A stretch of 64,000 nt of DNA, taken from assembly GCF_036321535.1 (NCBI RefSeq), contig NC_087437.1, positions 12,464,001 through 12,528,000 on the forward strand, given 5' to 3'. The position numbers and the translations under genes are program-made. Position 1 is the first letter of the stretch. Each line of letters begins with the position of its first letter. Positions 27,105-38,813 of this stretch are shown here, piece by piece. The DNA comes from Camelus dromedarius (taxonomy: Eukaryota). Under the pieces are notes generated by a model. It was not told the DNA's origin. It searched no databases and saw nothing but the letters and a program-made list of their open reading frames with translations.

Positions 27105-27510
27105 AAAATTCATTCAGCAAATATCTATTGAAGGATTATAATGTGTCATGTGCTGTTCTTAATATTGAGGCCATCACAGTGAACTGGACAGAGTTGCTGC
27201 CCTCAAGGAGATTAGTTTCTACTATAGGAGACAAATGATAAAGAACAAATGTATGCCAGGTAATAATAATGTCTATAAATTTTGAAATGTAGGGTCAAGG
27301 AACAGACAGTGATGGACATGACCGTGAGTCCTATTTTAAATAGGATCTTAGTATCTCGATTAAGGCAACATAGTTATAAAGGCCTGAAGAAAAGGATAGC
27401 ATAAGTCTTGTTGGTATCCAGAAGCAAAGAGTTGGTATCCAAGGCAGAGCAAAATAAACTCAAATGTGCTGAAGGAGTGTATTTGGGACACTTTAAAAAT
27501 AGCTGCAGAG
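27105..27510 (-). mobile_element. L2 3' end
   Basis: cattcagcaaatatctattga...gctgccctcaaggag...ggagacaaa. Confidence 0.7.
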
Positions 27511-27638
27511 TGTTCTCGGGGTATTTGAATTGAGAATTTTAGCTCTTGAAGGAATACTCTATATTACCCAATTCCAGGACTAATGGTAGATTTCATCTTC
27601 AAAGCCAATTCCAATGGACTAGTGGCGAATGCCTACAG

Positions 27639-27881
27639 CAGGAGTCAGTAAATTTTTTTCTATCAAGGTCTAGATCATAAATATTTTCAGCTTTGTCGAA
27701 CATACCATTTCGGTTGCAATCACTTAACTCTGTCACTGGTTGAAAGCCGTCGTAGACAATACGTAAACAAAGGCGAGTGTGCTGTGCTCCAGTAAAGCTT
27801 TATTTTACTGGATGAGCTGGATTTGGATGGTCTTTACTATACTGGTGCGCTTGATTTGGCCCTTGAAGTCTGCCAGCCTCT
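27639..27881 (+). mobile_element. MER58A (hAT-Charlie)
   Basis: caggagtcagtaaatttttttct...taaatattttcagctttg...gtagacaatacgtaaac. Confidence 0.8.
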
Positions 27882-28539
27882 GGACTAGTGCAGTGCTGGA
27901 CAGTCTTACCTGGGTCTTTCATGGGGACACATTAGTAATCTTGTCACGGGCTCACAGGGGGCCTCAGCCATGTATTTGCCACCGTGAGTCAAACATCTTG
28001 CTCCCATTGCTGATTACATCAGACTAGACACGTTCTCACAAGCTGCTAGCGGAAAGTTAGCTCTCCAGTCTCCCAACTCATTTTTATTCCACTAGCCTCC
28101 CCTCACCCCTCCATCAATTGCTTTACGTAGTCACAACATTAGTGGAGCTTCGAGGGCTGCCTTGCCCCTCCCCAGTGCCCCCCGTGTGGCCAGAACCAGC
28201 CTCAGCCGGGATGCGAGCCGTTCCTTGGAAGCAGCTGGTAAAGGTCAAGTCAGAAGTGAGAGCTTCTGCAGAGCATCGTCACATTCTGTCTCTGCCACAC
28301 AGAAAAACTGGGGAAAGACTGCCTCTGAATCTGCAGGAAGGGTGGGAGTGGACATGAGCTGTGCTTCCTGCCGCTGGCCTGCCCTCCGCAAGAAAGGAGA
28401 GAAGACCCCAGCCCAACCAGAAAAGAAGGACAGATCTTTAACATAAAGGAGACAGACAGCGCAGGGCGGGGCAGGGCGGTGGCCTGAGGAATGCCAAGAT
28501 CATCGTTTTCCTTCTTTTGAATTTTAAACACATCAAAGG

Positions 28540-28960
28540 AGACGATTAATTAGCATACAGACTAAACTTGATTTCAAAAGAGATCCGAACTATGATGGTA
28601 TCCATAAGATAAAGTTAACTTCTCTCACGTGATTGTCTGGGGATAAGTGGTCCAGGCTGGCTGCGTAGCTGTGCTGCACGTGGACATTCAGAGACTCAGG
28701 TACCCTCCATCGTAAGGCTTGGCCCCAACGCCCTCCCCCGCCCCGGGGCTGCTGTCCTCATCTTTACTGTCCGGGTCTCTGCTGGGACCCACACTATTTC
28801 AGTGGGCAGGATACATGGTGGAAGATGGGAAATTACTTTTATAGGAAGTGACATTGAACTTGCACACAGCACTTCTGATCACATTTTATGGATGAGACTG
28901 TGGTCATGTGGCCACACCTGGATGCACAGGAGGCTGTCTCTATCTAGGGGTGCTCAGCTA
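28540..28960 (-). mobile_element. MLT1J/K-like LTR remnant
   Basis: cacttctgatcacatttt...ggtcatgtggccacacctggatgcacaggaggctg. Confidence 0.55.
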
Positions 28961-30449
28961 AAAATATCTATTATCATAGTTTTTTTTTAAGGGGACTGGG
29001 AATTAAGAGGGAGGCTGGAGTTAGCAGTTGGCCACAGAATTTATAAAACGAAGTGACAACTTTTTTTGGTTCGTTTTTTACCTAATATGTAAATAGTAAT
29101 GCCATACATTACATAATACTTCAGAGATTTATAAAAATCTTTCTCATACATGATTTCACTTAATTCTTTAACCTAATATTCTCCTGAAGTAAACAGTGTG
29201 ATTTGAAGTAGGTGTTATCTTATGTGAAGGCTAGGTAAGGCTCAGAAGGAGTGTCAGATTCCCAGAGCCACGAGGCCACTACGCACAGAGCGCCGACTGC
29301 GCTCCAGGCTCAGAGTTCTACCATTTCCACTCCTAGAAACTCAGCGTTCTTCACACCTAATTCTCGGAAGGCCTGTGTCTTTGTGTTCACCAAGTAGAAT
29401 GTCCCATCAGAGCATTTACCCCAACCCTGGGAATGTTCATTACGTAGCCTTGGGTGTGAAGCCCTGGGATTGTCCTGCTTTGGGAAGGACGGCCATGAGC
29501 TTACTTTTATTATTATTTTATTTTTCTATTTTGCTTATACAGAGAGGGGAGCTAGTTTCATATTTCTGACTGTTCTTTCCCTTTCTGCCTTCCCCTGCTT
29601 ATAGGTTAACTTTTGGAACTGTTGCCTTCGGAAAAATCCCAGCTAACTTTTTCTGAAGCATCTCTAACTCAAAACAAAAAAAAGGAAACAATGATAAAAA
29701 GTCAAAAACTAATTTTGAAAGCCACCACATATCCTCTCAAACAGAGGTTTTCTTAGACCTTGGTTGAGGTAGATGTTGAGAAAGTGACTTTATACCCTAC
29801 AGTTTGAAAAGAGAGAAAAAACGATTTTTTTATCAAAAATATTTATATTGTTTTCATATTGTACGTGTTTCTGTGTGTAATGTACACATATACAATATAT
29901 GTGTGTAATGTACATATATACAATATACATATTGTTTCCCCAAAAGAAATTTTCCAGAGATTTCTATCTTTAATTTTCAATCGCATTTGGCTTTTTATTT
30001 GCCTTTTCCTCTGTGAGACACTGGGACGCATTTAAACTCCATTCCCTCCCCAGTGGCCTCTCTGATGTATTTGCTACTTTTTACATTCCCTCTCCCCGCA
30101 GAATCTAATGGAAATTCCTTTGGGGCCTTTTACTTTCCCTCTGAGTCGGAAACTTTTGTGTTGCTAATAGAACTTGTTCATTAGCATTTCAAATCCTGAG
30201 ATGCTCTCAGAGATCGGTGTCAGGTCTGAGGGCTCCCCAGCCACAACCTGATTGACCAAAACTGTTTAACTAAAATCATCAGCGGTCAGTGCCTTTGACC
30301 TTACTTCTGCTGGCACATCTCCTCGAATCCTTTTCAAGAATTCTAGAGAAAGATCTGAGAAACTTTACCTTTGCCCCCTCCTTACTCTAGATATTGTCTG
30401 CCAGAAAACTACCCTCCCTTCATCACCTTTGGTAGCTGGATCAGGGGTG

Positions 30450-30592
30450 GAAGATGGGCAGATGGATGAGTGGTGAGTGGATAACTAGAAGGGTAGATGG
30501 ATGGGTAGATGGGTAATGGAGGGGTGAGTGGATAGGTGAAGTAGATAAGTGAGTGGGTGGATGGATGGATGGATGGAAAGATAAGATAGATA
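30450..30592. repeat. Degenerate (TGGA)n/(GGAT)n simple repeat
   Basis: gatggatgagtggtgagtgg...atggatggatggatgg. Confidence 0.85.
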
Positions 30593-31060
30593 AATAATGC
30601 AAATCTTCCATTTTTGTACAATATCCTTGCCATTTAATTAACCATAACTGGCCTTGTGTTCCTGAGGCTGAACACCGCTGCAGAAAGCAGCAAGCCCTGC
30701 GATCTGCTGTCTGCCTCCCCCAGGAGCAAGAGGGTGGAGCTTGTCAGATATATCACTGTCGGTCTGACTTAGTGTCCATTTTGTAAAATAAAGAAACCAT
30801 CCTTTTTTAATATAATGTAGGTAAAAATGCTTCCGTGCTTTTGAACTTAAACCAGGCATATTGAGCAAAGTCTCTCGGGGAACTTGCCCACATTACATAT
30901 GCCTGGAACCCCCCATCCCGAGATGTGCATCCTGGTGGCAAATTTCTTCCCTGACAGAAGATTCTCTGTACCTGGTACCAGTGGTAGCTGAGGAGCGTTT
31001 GAGCTCTGTGTTCCTGACTTCCCTTTCTCCTTACAGACACCCCACTAACATTTTTTAGAA

Positions 31061-31300
31061 GTATTTATTGTATCTCAGGCAGTGTTCTAAGGGCTTTCTA
31101 CCTGTATTACCTCATTTAATCTTTACCACAACGCTTTAAGGTAGGTGGCATTAATATCTGCATTTTACAGGGAAGGAATTAAGCCATCCATAGGTTAAGA
31201 AACTTGCCAGGGTCACACGGCTGGTAAGAGGTGAAGCTAGAGGTGAAACTCAGTCCCTGTCTGGAATCCACGGCTCCACTCGCCATGCTGCACCGCCTCT
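31061..31300 (-). mobile_element. MIR SINE, near full length
   Basis: caggcagtgttctaagggcttt...ctcatttaatc...cattttacag...aacttgccagggtcacacggct. Confidence 0.8.
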
Positions 31301-31329
31301 CTGATCCCCCAGCTCGCCTTTTAAGCATC

Positions 31330-31490
31330 CTGGTCCAATAGAACTTTCCAAGATGACGAAAATGTTCTGTATGTATGCTGTCCAATTGACATGACAGCCA
31401 CCAGCCACATGTGGCTTTCGAGCACTTGCCATGTGGCTAAGATGACTGAGGAACCAAGTTGTGAATTGTATTGAATTTTAATTAATTCAA
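31330..31490 (+). mobile_element. MER3 (hAT-Charlie)
   Basis: gtccaatagaactttc...gccacatgtggctttcgagcacttg...gactgaggaac. Confidence 0.8.
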
Positions 31491-32260
31491 GCAGCTCAGT
31501 TTAAGAGCCAGCTTATAGCCTCTGTTCATACATATGAGCTAAAAAAAAATTAAGTGCTGAACTAGGCTTTAGGAAGGCTTCTCACCTAGAGACATTATCC
31601 TTTATTAATAATATTAAGGTGAAATAATTACAAAGCACTCTTAGCATCCTTTGTGCTTCTTTCCATCCTGAAAAGAGTCTCGCTGATCTTCTCAGCACTC
31701 TCCCAACTAGGTGGCACACCTACTCTTAGCTCATTGGAAGATGTATTGAGATGAGACAGAAAAAAGAATCCAGGCAGAAGGATCCAGGGCGAGTTGTAGC
31801 ATGGTGGTGCCGTTGGCGTTTGTTCTCAGGAGTCATTGTTTCATTTTCCATTTCCCAAATACCGCCATTGGTAGCGGGAGAGGGAACTGATGAAAAGAAT
31901 TATTTTTAAAGCAGGGTTCGGTGGTGGAAGAAATGAAGCATAGAGTCATCTGGGCTCATCTGAAGGAGAGACACAGAGCCTCCCCCACCACTTGCAGAAG
32001 GAAGTGAAGAGAGAGAAGGAGGAAAGTGGGAAATTATTAGCCAAGAGAGAAATAACAAGGACTTTGCATGAAGCAATGTAATAAAAGAGCCATATTATTC
32101 TTTGTGTGGTACACAAGCTGAAATTGGGGGAAGCTTTTAAAGGAGAAGGAAAGTCAAAGTGTTAAAAAAAAAAAAAAAAACCCAAATGTATATGGCTCAG
32201 TTTTACAGGCTGGAGACAAGGCAACATAGAATTTGGTGAAACTGTTAAATATCGGTTTAG

Positions 32261-32475
32261 AGAGAGTGGACAAACTGTAGTCCCTGGGTCAATCCAGTTC
32301 ACTGCTGGTTTTTGTAAATAAAATTTTAGTAAGCACACACACGTCACTTACGTGTGGTCTATGGCTCCTTTATTCCACAGCCACAGAGTTGAGCAGTCGA
32401 AACAGAAAATGTATAGCATGCAAAGCCTAAAACATTTCCTATTGCCCCGTACAGAAAAAAGTCCACTGACTTCTC
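32261..32475 (-). mobile_element. MER58A (hAT-Charlie)
   Basis: tttttgtaaataaaatttta...gcaaagcctaaaacattt...acagaaaaaagt. Confidence 0.78.
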
Positions 32476-32734
32476 TTTTAGAACAAAAGACCAATATATA
32501 GTAGCATAATCATTCTGGAATCCTATTTTGTGTGGCCATCAAATTTTAAAATACACCTCATCTTTGCCCTGGCCACACCGCTACTATAGAATTTTATTCA
32601 GCAGATGTTTCAGTACACATACCCACAGGGTTTCTTACAACTCTGGAAATCGGGAAACAACCCAAATGTCCAGTGGCTGAGCACTGTTCAACGAGTTACA
32701 GTCCATTCAGGTAAAGGAATACAGTTTAGTTGTT

Positions 32735-33655
32735 GTTTAACTGAAGTATAATTGATTTACAATATTATGTTAGCTTCAAGTGTACAGAGTAGTTATTCAG
32801 TATTTTTATAGGTTACCCTTCATTAAAAGTTGTTACAAAAGAATCTCTCTATTTCCCTGTGCTTTACAATAGATCCTTGTTGTTTATCTATTTTATGGAT
32901 AGTAGTTTGTATCTCTTAATCCCCTACCGCTAGCTGGCCCCTCCCCTAATCCGCCTCCCCACTGGTAACACTAGTTTGTTTTCTGTATCTATGAACCTGT
33001 TTCTGTTTTGTTATACTCAATATTTGTTTTGCTTTTTAGATTCCACATGTAAGTGATAACAGAGTATTTGTCTTTTTCTGATTTATTTCACTAAGCCTAA
33101 TGCCCTCCAGGTCCGTCCATGTGTTGCAAGTGGCAGAATTAAATTCTTTTTCATGGCTGAATATACGTATTTCATTGTACAGACTCATCTATATCCATTC
33201 ACCTGTTGAGGGGCACTTTGGTTGCTTCCCTGTCTTGGCTATTGTAAATAATACTGTTATGAACATTAGTGTGCAAGTATTTTTTCAAATTAGTGTCTTC
33301 GGGCTTTTTGGATATATATCCTGGAGTGGAATTGCTGGGTCATATAGTAGTTCTATTTTTTTTTTTTTTTTTTTTAGGAATCTCTATACCATCTTCCAGA
33401 GTGGCTGCACCAACTCACATTCCCACCAATAGTGTTTGAGGATTCCCTTTTCCCCACGTTCTCAACAACACTTGTTATTTGTGGTCTTTTTGACGATAGT
33501 CATTCTGACAGGTGTGAGATGATATCTTATTGTAATTTTGATTCGCATTTCTCTAATAATTAGTGTTGTTGAGCACTTTTTCGTGTGCCTGTTGGCCATC
33601 TGTATGTCTTCTTTGGAAAAATGTCTATTCAGGTCATCTGTCCATTTTTTAATTG
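32735..33655 (-). mobile_element. 5'-truncated LINE-1 (3'UTR + ORF2 end)
   Basis: ctgaagtataattgatttacaat... through atgtcttctttggaaaaatgtctattcaggtc; antisense L1. Confidence 0.9.
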
Positions 33656-33699
33656 TTTTTTTAAAGTATTGTTTGTTGTTTTTAATGAGATAGTTTTTT

Positions 33700-33862
33700 T
33701 AAAAATTGTTTTTGTTTTGGGGGGGAGGTAATTAAGTTTCTTTATATATTTTTTTAATCAGTTTTTTATTTTATTCTGTTTTTTAGTGGAGGTACTGGGG
33801 ATTGAACCCAGGACCTTGTGCATGCTAAGCACCCACTCTACCACTGAGCTGTACCCTCCCCC
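33700..33862 (-). mobile_element. Camelid Vic-1-type tRNA-derived SINE
   Basis: Minus strand GGGGGAGGGTACAGCTCAGTGGTAGAG...GGTTCAATCCCCAGTACCTCCA (A and B boxes), then an A-rich linker, CTTAATTACCTCCCCCC and an A tail. Confidence 0.9.
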
Positions 33863-36800
33863 TAGTGAGCCAGTTCTATGTGTACTGTTTATTTTGAAGG
33901 AATTTCAAGAAATATTACTAAATAGAAAACACTGCTGAAAAGATGTATTATTTGATTACATTTGTATAAATATAAGAGGAAACACACAATGCCCCCCAAA
34001 AGGTATAGGAACGTGTGCGCAGTACCTGGCACGTGGCAGGTGCTCAGCATCTGATGACTGACTACACAGAGGGATGACACATCAGTTTTCATTTTATATC
34101 TTCTAGACTCTATTCTGAGTTTTTATGGAAGTGCATTACTTTTTTAAAAAACCTAAATTAAAAAGAGGAAAAAACGGACAAGAGGAAATAGCCACAGAGA
34201 GATTACCCGCCCCCCACCCACCCACCACGCCACTTTCTCCAGCTGGTTGCTGGCACTGAGGGGTCTCATAGGGGCAGGAGTTGGATTTCAAGGTGGGACT
34301 AGCAGAAACTGGAGGGCTGGAAAGGCATCGTCATGAGCCACACACAGCGAAAGCAGGGCCAGTGGGGTGTAGAAAGGTAGGGGGTGGCCCTGTCTGGGGG
34401 CAATGTCTGTAAGTAACCGGTGGAAAGATTTCATCCGGGAAACTGGAAAAAGCAGGCAGCCGGGGAGAAGGGGACCAAATGAAGGCAGGACGCAGTGGCC
34501 AGCCCTCAAGGTGGAGAGACATTTCTGAGGACAAACAAATGTTTCTTGGGCCCTGAGAAGACCCAGTCTCTGCAGGGAGAAAGCTGCATGTTTGGGAAGT
34601 AGTTGCTGCCTGCTGGTCTAAGATCACGGCCGCCACCAGCCCTGGTCCCTGAGCAGATGTTCAGATGGACCGGCCGGGGCGCATTCTTGGGTTGATCAGC
34701 ATTAGAACTTCCCCAGCTCCCAGATGGGAAAGTGGCTCGGCCTGGGGGTGCAGAAGCCCTGGGAACAGTTCAGCACTTGCCTTGTGCTGGCGACACCTCC
34801 CTGCCTTGGTTTCCCTGCTGGAAGCCCACTCACTAAATACTGACATTTTTTGGGGGGGAGAATTGTGGCAAAAAGGGTTTATATGAGATTAATAATAATA
34901 AAAAAAAGTAAAAATAAATAAATAAAAATAAAACCAAAAAGAAACATGGAAGAGGCAGGTGTGTCTTTTTAAAACGATCAGTGTCCACCTCCCGCCTCCC
35001 CACCCCAATGTCTGCCTGCACTTTGCATGACTTGTGCCTGGGGTGGATGTGTCTGCGCCTGTGAGAATCTTTTTATTTAGACATCACAAGGCATTTGACC
35101 AATTTTGAACACGGCCGGCTGTAAGACTGGTGCAAGAGACGCCTGCTCTTTCTTCACGAAACTCTCCAGTTCAAACATGTTTGCCGAGCATGATTCATGG
35201 TGTTTCTTTCTGGATTGTCCAGTGGGTAATTGCTGTACAAAAACCAGAGAAACAGATGTAGACCCTGAACCCTGACTATAAATTTTTGTTTTATGATTAT
35301 GGGTTTCAAATGTGCTGTGTCACACTGACAAATATACAGTTACTTTGAAACAAAATGAATTTGGGGCTCAAACTTTTGTTTTTGTGTTTGTGGTTGGAAA
35401 TACTTCTGTTAGAGCCCCTTTCCTCATTGGTCAAACACAAAGAAACTGGAGGCGATGACACCTATCAGAATGTTATTTTCTGCCCTACTAAGAGGATATT
35501 TAGAATAGCATTCTTCCAAATTAACTCTCTGATTAATGTTTAAAATAGGTGTCAGTTGTTTAAACTTCATTATCAACAAATTAACTTGGCCATTTTTCAC
35601 CTTCTACCTGTTCATTAATCTTTATGGTGAATGTGGCTTACTTGTGTATCTTTCCTTAATTCTACTTCAGATGAAGAATTTAGAGGAAGAATCAAGTTTT
35701 CAAGAAGAATAAGAATCAGGCTGACTGATGAAGACATGATAAAAGAAACGTGTGGCTAAACTGGGGGGCTGCTTTATAAATTAACACTTAGATTAAGTAA
35801 TAGCCCTAACAGTTGCTATCTGCATAATCAATTCATGATGAGAAATGATGAATTGACTAGTGAATATGGATGCACTATTAAAAAACCATAATGTTCTACT
35901 CGCAAGGATTTAAACACTGATCATTCAAGGCTCAAGTTTATTTCTCTACAGTTAGGAGAACTGGGTTCCGAGGTGATTAGAAATTTAAAAGTTTCTTGTG
36001 CAAAAAGAGGAAACACCAATCTCTTAACCCCTAACACACACACCCACACGCAGAGACACACAGACACACGCACATTCTCATTGTTATTGTTTTCGTGTCA
36101 GGACATAGTATTGAGGAAAGAAATTTGGGAGCAGCTGTCTCCCTAGATGAGACTGATACTCTATCTTAAGAAATGAGGGTAAACAGAATTTGGGGTATAC
36201 CACCCCCATGCTCACTTCTTTGTGACCGGTGGCACCCCGTCCTTTGGAAAGATGCTAAGGATGGATGTGCACAGGTAACAGATACCCTTACACACGCACC
36301 TGGCCATGATGCCATGTTTCTCATCTCTAACTTAGTTCCTCCCACTGTACTTTAAATATTGCTGCCTCCTCTCCACTCCTCAAATGACTTTTCATGCACC
36401 TCCATGATCTTGTATAAAATGAGCCCTGTTTGCAAGGAACTCTAAGGACCTTAAATAAGCATTTGGAGCTACTAGTCTTGTGGACCAGGTAGAAACTGGC
36501 ACATAATGTAGTGCTTTGGATATCTTTACAACTATCTCAATGACAGTATGTTAAATGTTTTGTAAATCCCTCTGTGCTCCTTGTTTAAATGTGTGTTTTC
36601 TTTGTTGTCAAAGGCTTTCTTATAATAAAGCTCTGTTACAAAATGATAAGCCATATGCAAGAGAAAGAGGCACAGAGAAAAATAACAAACACATATTTTC
36701 AGCAAAATCTTACCCCATTATTGCCTTGGACTTTTCAAATGCAAGAACTGAGCTTGCTGGGCTGAAAATTGTTTGAATGTACCGTAAGTGTGTGCAATGC

Positions 36801-37650
36801 ATACTTTTCATGTTATACCGCGAGTGCCACTTAGCAACTCTTGCTAGCCCAGCAAAGCAGCTGCACTGCACGGGGCGGGGTGCCCTTGATGGGCTTTTAA
36901 AAAGACTTGAATGCCAAGGCACATTCCAGCACTAGCCACAGAAAGGAGACTGGAGTGGCGCTCTTTCCCTCATGCCCGCCCACTTACCCTCCCTGCTCTG
37001 TGGGAGAATAGTCAACACTGGAGATGCAGTGGAGGACACAAGGTGTCTTAATTCCTCCCCAGAGTTCCCTTTCTTTGATGTACATTGCCTCCTTTAAGCA
37101 AGTTGTGCAACATGGCTGCAGGGTGGATTGGCTCTCCCTTTTGAGGCATTCTGCCTGGGGTTAGCTGTAAATACTGCGTCTGTCCATCTAGTGATGGCCG
37201 TAAAGGCTTCTTCCTCTAGGTCAGCTCACTGTGGGAGGTACCAAAAAATAATCCCTTTCTCTTAAAATTACTCTCTTCTAATGAATAGCCAAGTTTGGGC
37301 AGGGGCTAGTATTGGTGAAAAGTGGCCCTTGGAAATATAAAAACCTTCACACTTAACCAGTTCTCAAAAATCTGTGTTTAATTATGTGGTGGTGGTGTGC
37401 GTGCAAGCGTGTGTGTGTGATGAGAGAGGTCACCAGTGCTATTCTGGAAAGGCAAAGTGATTTTCACCATGGTCTGGGATTCCAGGAGTTGGATTCTGGG
37501 CATGGTTCTCAGCGGCGTGACCCCGGGCAGGTCTCAGCCTCCATGGGCTTCTGGGAAAATAAGATGAGTCACAGCTAATTGTTCTAGGGTGTGTACTGAG
37601 TGCTGTACAAACAGTTTCTTTTTGTCCTGCCAACCCACGGAGGTGGCTGG

Positions 37651-37800
37651 TAGTGTATTTCCATTTTACAGATGAGGAAACTGAGGTTCGGAGAGGTTAG
37701 CTACTTGTCCCAGATCATACAGCTGCTAAGTGGTTGAACTGGGGTTGGAATCTAGTTGGGTCTGGCTCCCATGGCCACGCACTTGATCACTACGTTATGT
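37651..37800 (-). mobile_element. MIR SINE about 0.8 kb upstream of the TSS
   Basis: ccattttacagatgaggaaactgaggttcggagaggtta. Confidence 0.85.
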
Positions 37801-38442
37801 TTTCTCAGATCAGGACCTGAAATCCTGTCTGTATGTGCGATTGCATGTGTGTGACTACATGTGTGGCTGGGAGCAGGACTAATTCTCAGCAAATTCTTGA
37901 CCCACTTCATATGCTGCATGTAGACTTGGGAGAAATTTTTAAGAAGCAAATGAGTCCAGAAAGCTGGATTTTCCCTCAGGAGCAAATGCAATGCCTTTGG
38001 CCTGCAAGAGGGAGAGAAACAGGCTATCAAATGGAAAGTTTCTCGACCCCGGGCTTCCCGGAGGGGCGGCCCTTCTTCGCGCTACAGTTTGGGGTTTGCA
38101 CGCGCTTTTTCAGGAGTGGAAAAACACATCCGTTACGGGGAACTGAACAGACAGACAGGCGCACAGAGGAATGTACGGGCCGTGCCCGGGGCGCGGGGGG
38201 CGGCAAGCGGGCGCGTGGGGCGCGCGGCCGCGCGGAGCCCCGCGGACCGAGGCGGAAAGGGAGGGAGCCGGCGGGCGGGCCCCGAGCGGCGTCCGGGCTC
38301 CCGCGGCTGCTCGCGGCCGCTCCCGGCTCCGCGCCGCGCGGAGGGGAGACGCGGGGCGGGAGGAGCGCGCGCCCGGGCCGCTGGCCGCCCGCGCGGCGGG
38401 GCTGCTGGGAGTGCTCGGCTCTGTGAGAATCCTGGGAGCTGG

Positions 38443-38464
38443 TGATGTCAGACTCGCTGGGTCA
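38443..38464 (+). promoter_or_regulatory. RARB: CRE-like site TGATGTCA, also forming a DR8 (ATGTCA-N8-GGGTCA) of the kind described as COUP-TF-bound in RARB P2
   Basis: TGATGTCA at 38443-38450, spacer gactcgct, GGGTCA at 38459-38464. Confidence 0.75.
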
Positions 38465-38475
38465 TTTGAAGGTTA
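38459..38475 (+). promoter_or_regulatory. RARB: Second, imperfect DR5 RARE of the RARB P2 promoter
   Basis: GGGTCA-tttga-AGGTTA, starting 30 nt upstream of the beta-RARE. Confidence 0.85.
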
Positions 38476-38488
38476 GCAGCCCGGGAAG

Positions 38489-38505
38489 GGTTCACCGAAA
38501 GTTCA
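38489..38505 (+). promoter_or_regulatory. RARB: beta-RARE, canonical DR5 retinoic acid response element
   Basis: GGTTCA-ccgaa-AGTTCA exactly, 6 nt upstream of the TATA box. Confidence 0.98.
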
Positions 38506-38511
38506 CTCGCA

Positions 38512-38518
38512 TATATTA
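38512..38518 (+). promoter_or_regulatory. RARB: TATA box of RARB P2
   Basis: TATATTA directly after the DR5, about 30 nt before the inferred TSS. Confidence 0.9.
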
Positions 38519-38641
38519 GGCAATTCAATCTTTCATTCTGTGTGACAGAAGTAGTAGGAAGTGAGCTGTTCAGAGGCAGGAGGGTCTATTCTTTGCCAAA
38601 GGGGGGACCAGAGTCCCCGCGCGAGCCGCCTGAGGACGGGG

Positions 38642-38695
38642 ATGCCGAGGACGCGCGCGAGCCGGGCAGGGTTCGTCTGGGCACCGTCGGGGTAG
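38642..38695 (+). other. uORF MPRTRASRAGFVWAPSG*
   Basis: ATG 38642 to TAG 38693-38695, read directly; first ATG of the leader. Confidence 0.75.
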
Positions 38696-38797
38696 GATCC
38701 GCACCGCATTCCGAAGGCTTTTTGCGGGCATCTGCTTGGAAGGAGAACTTGGGATCTTTCCGGGAACCCCCGCCCCGGCTGGATTGGCCGAGCAAGC

Positions 38798-38813
38798 CTG
38801 GAAAATGGTAAAT
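38798..38813 (+). other. RARB: RAR-beta4 non-AUG (CUG) start and alternative 5' splice site
   Basis: CTG GAA AAT G|GTAAAT: CUG at 38798, donor GT at 38808, phase 1 like the beta2 donor, so both can join the same downstream exon in frame. Matches the known beta4 arrangement. Confidence 0.8.

Larger units (their letters stand above)
38044..38790. promoter_or_regulatory. CpG island over the RARB P2 promoter and 5'UTR
   Basis: Very dense CpG and GC, with GC boxes such as GGGGCGGG, against a CpG-depleted background. Confidence 0.93.

Noticed and set aside
33787..33862. tRNA-like gene on the minus strand (also 54350-54424)
   Set aside because: Head of a tRNA-derived SINE with an A-rich tail and disrupted stems, not a functional tRNA.
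1..38000. RAR-beta1/beta3-specific exons or a separate gene or processed pseudogene
   Set aside because: No matching peptide or spliced-mRNA-like insert recognised; a short exon could have been missed.
37833..38476. 197-aa, 118-aa and 101-aa Arg/Gly/Ala-rich ORFs
   Set aside because: Stop-codon-poor shadows of the extreme-GC CpG island, upstream of the TSS; no recognisable protein.
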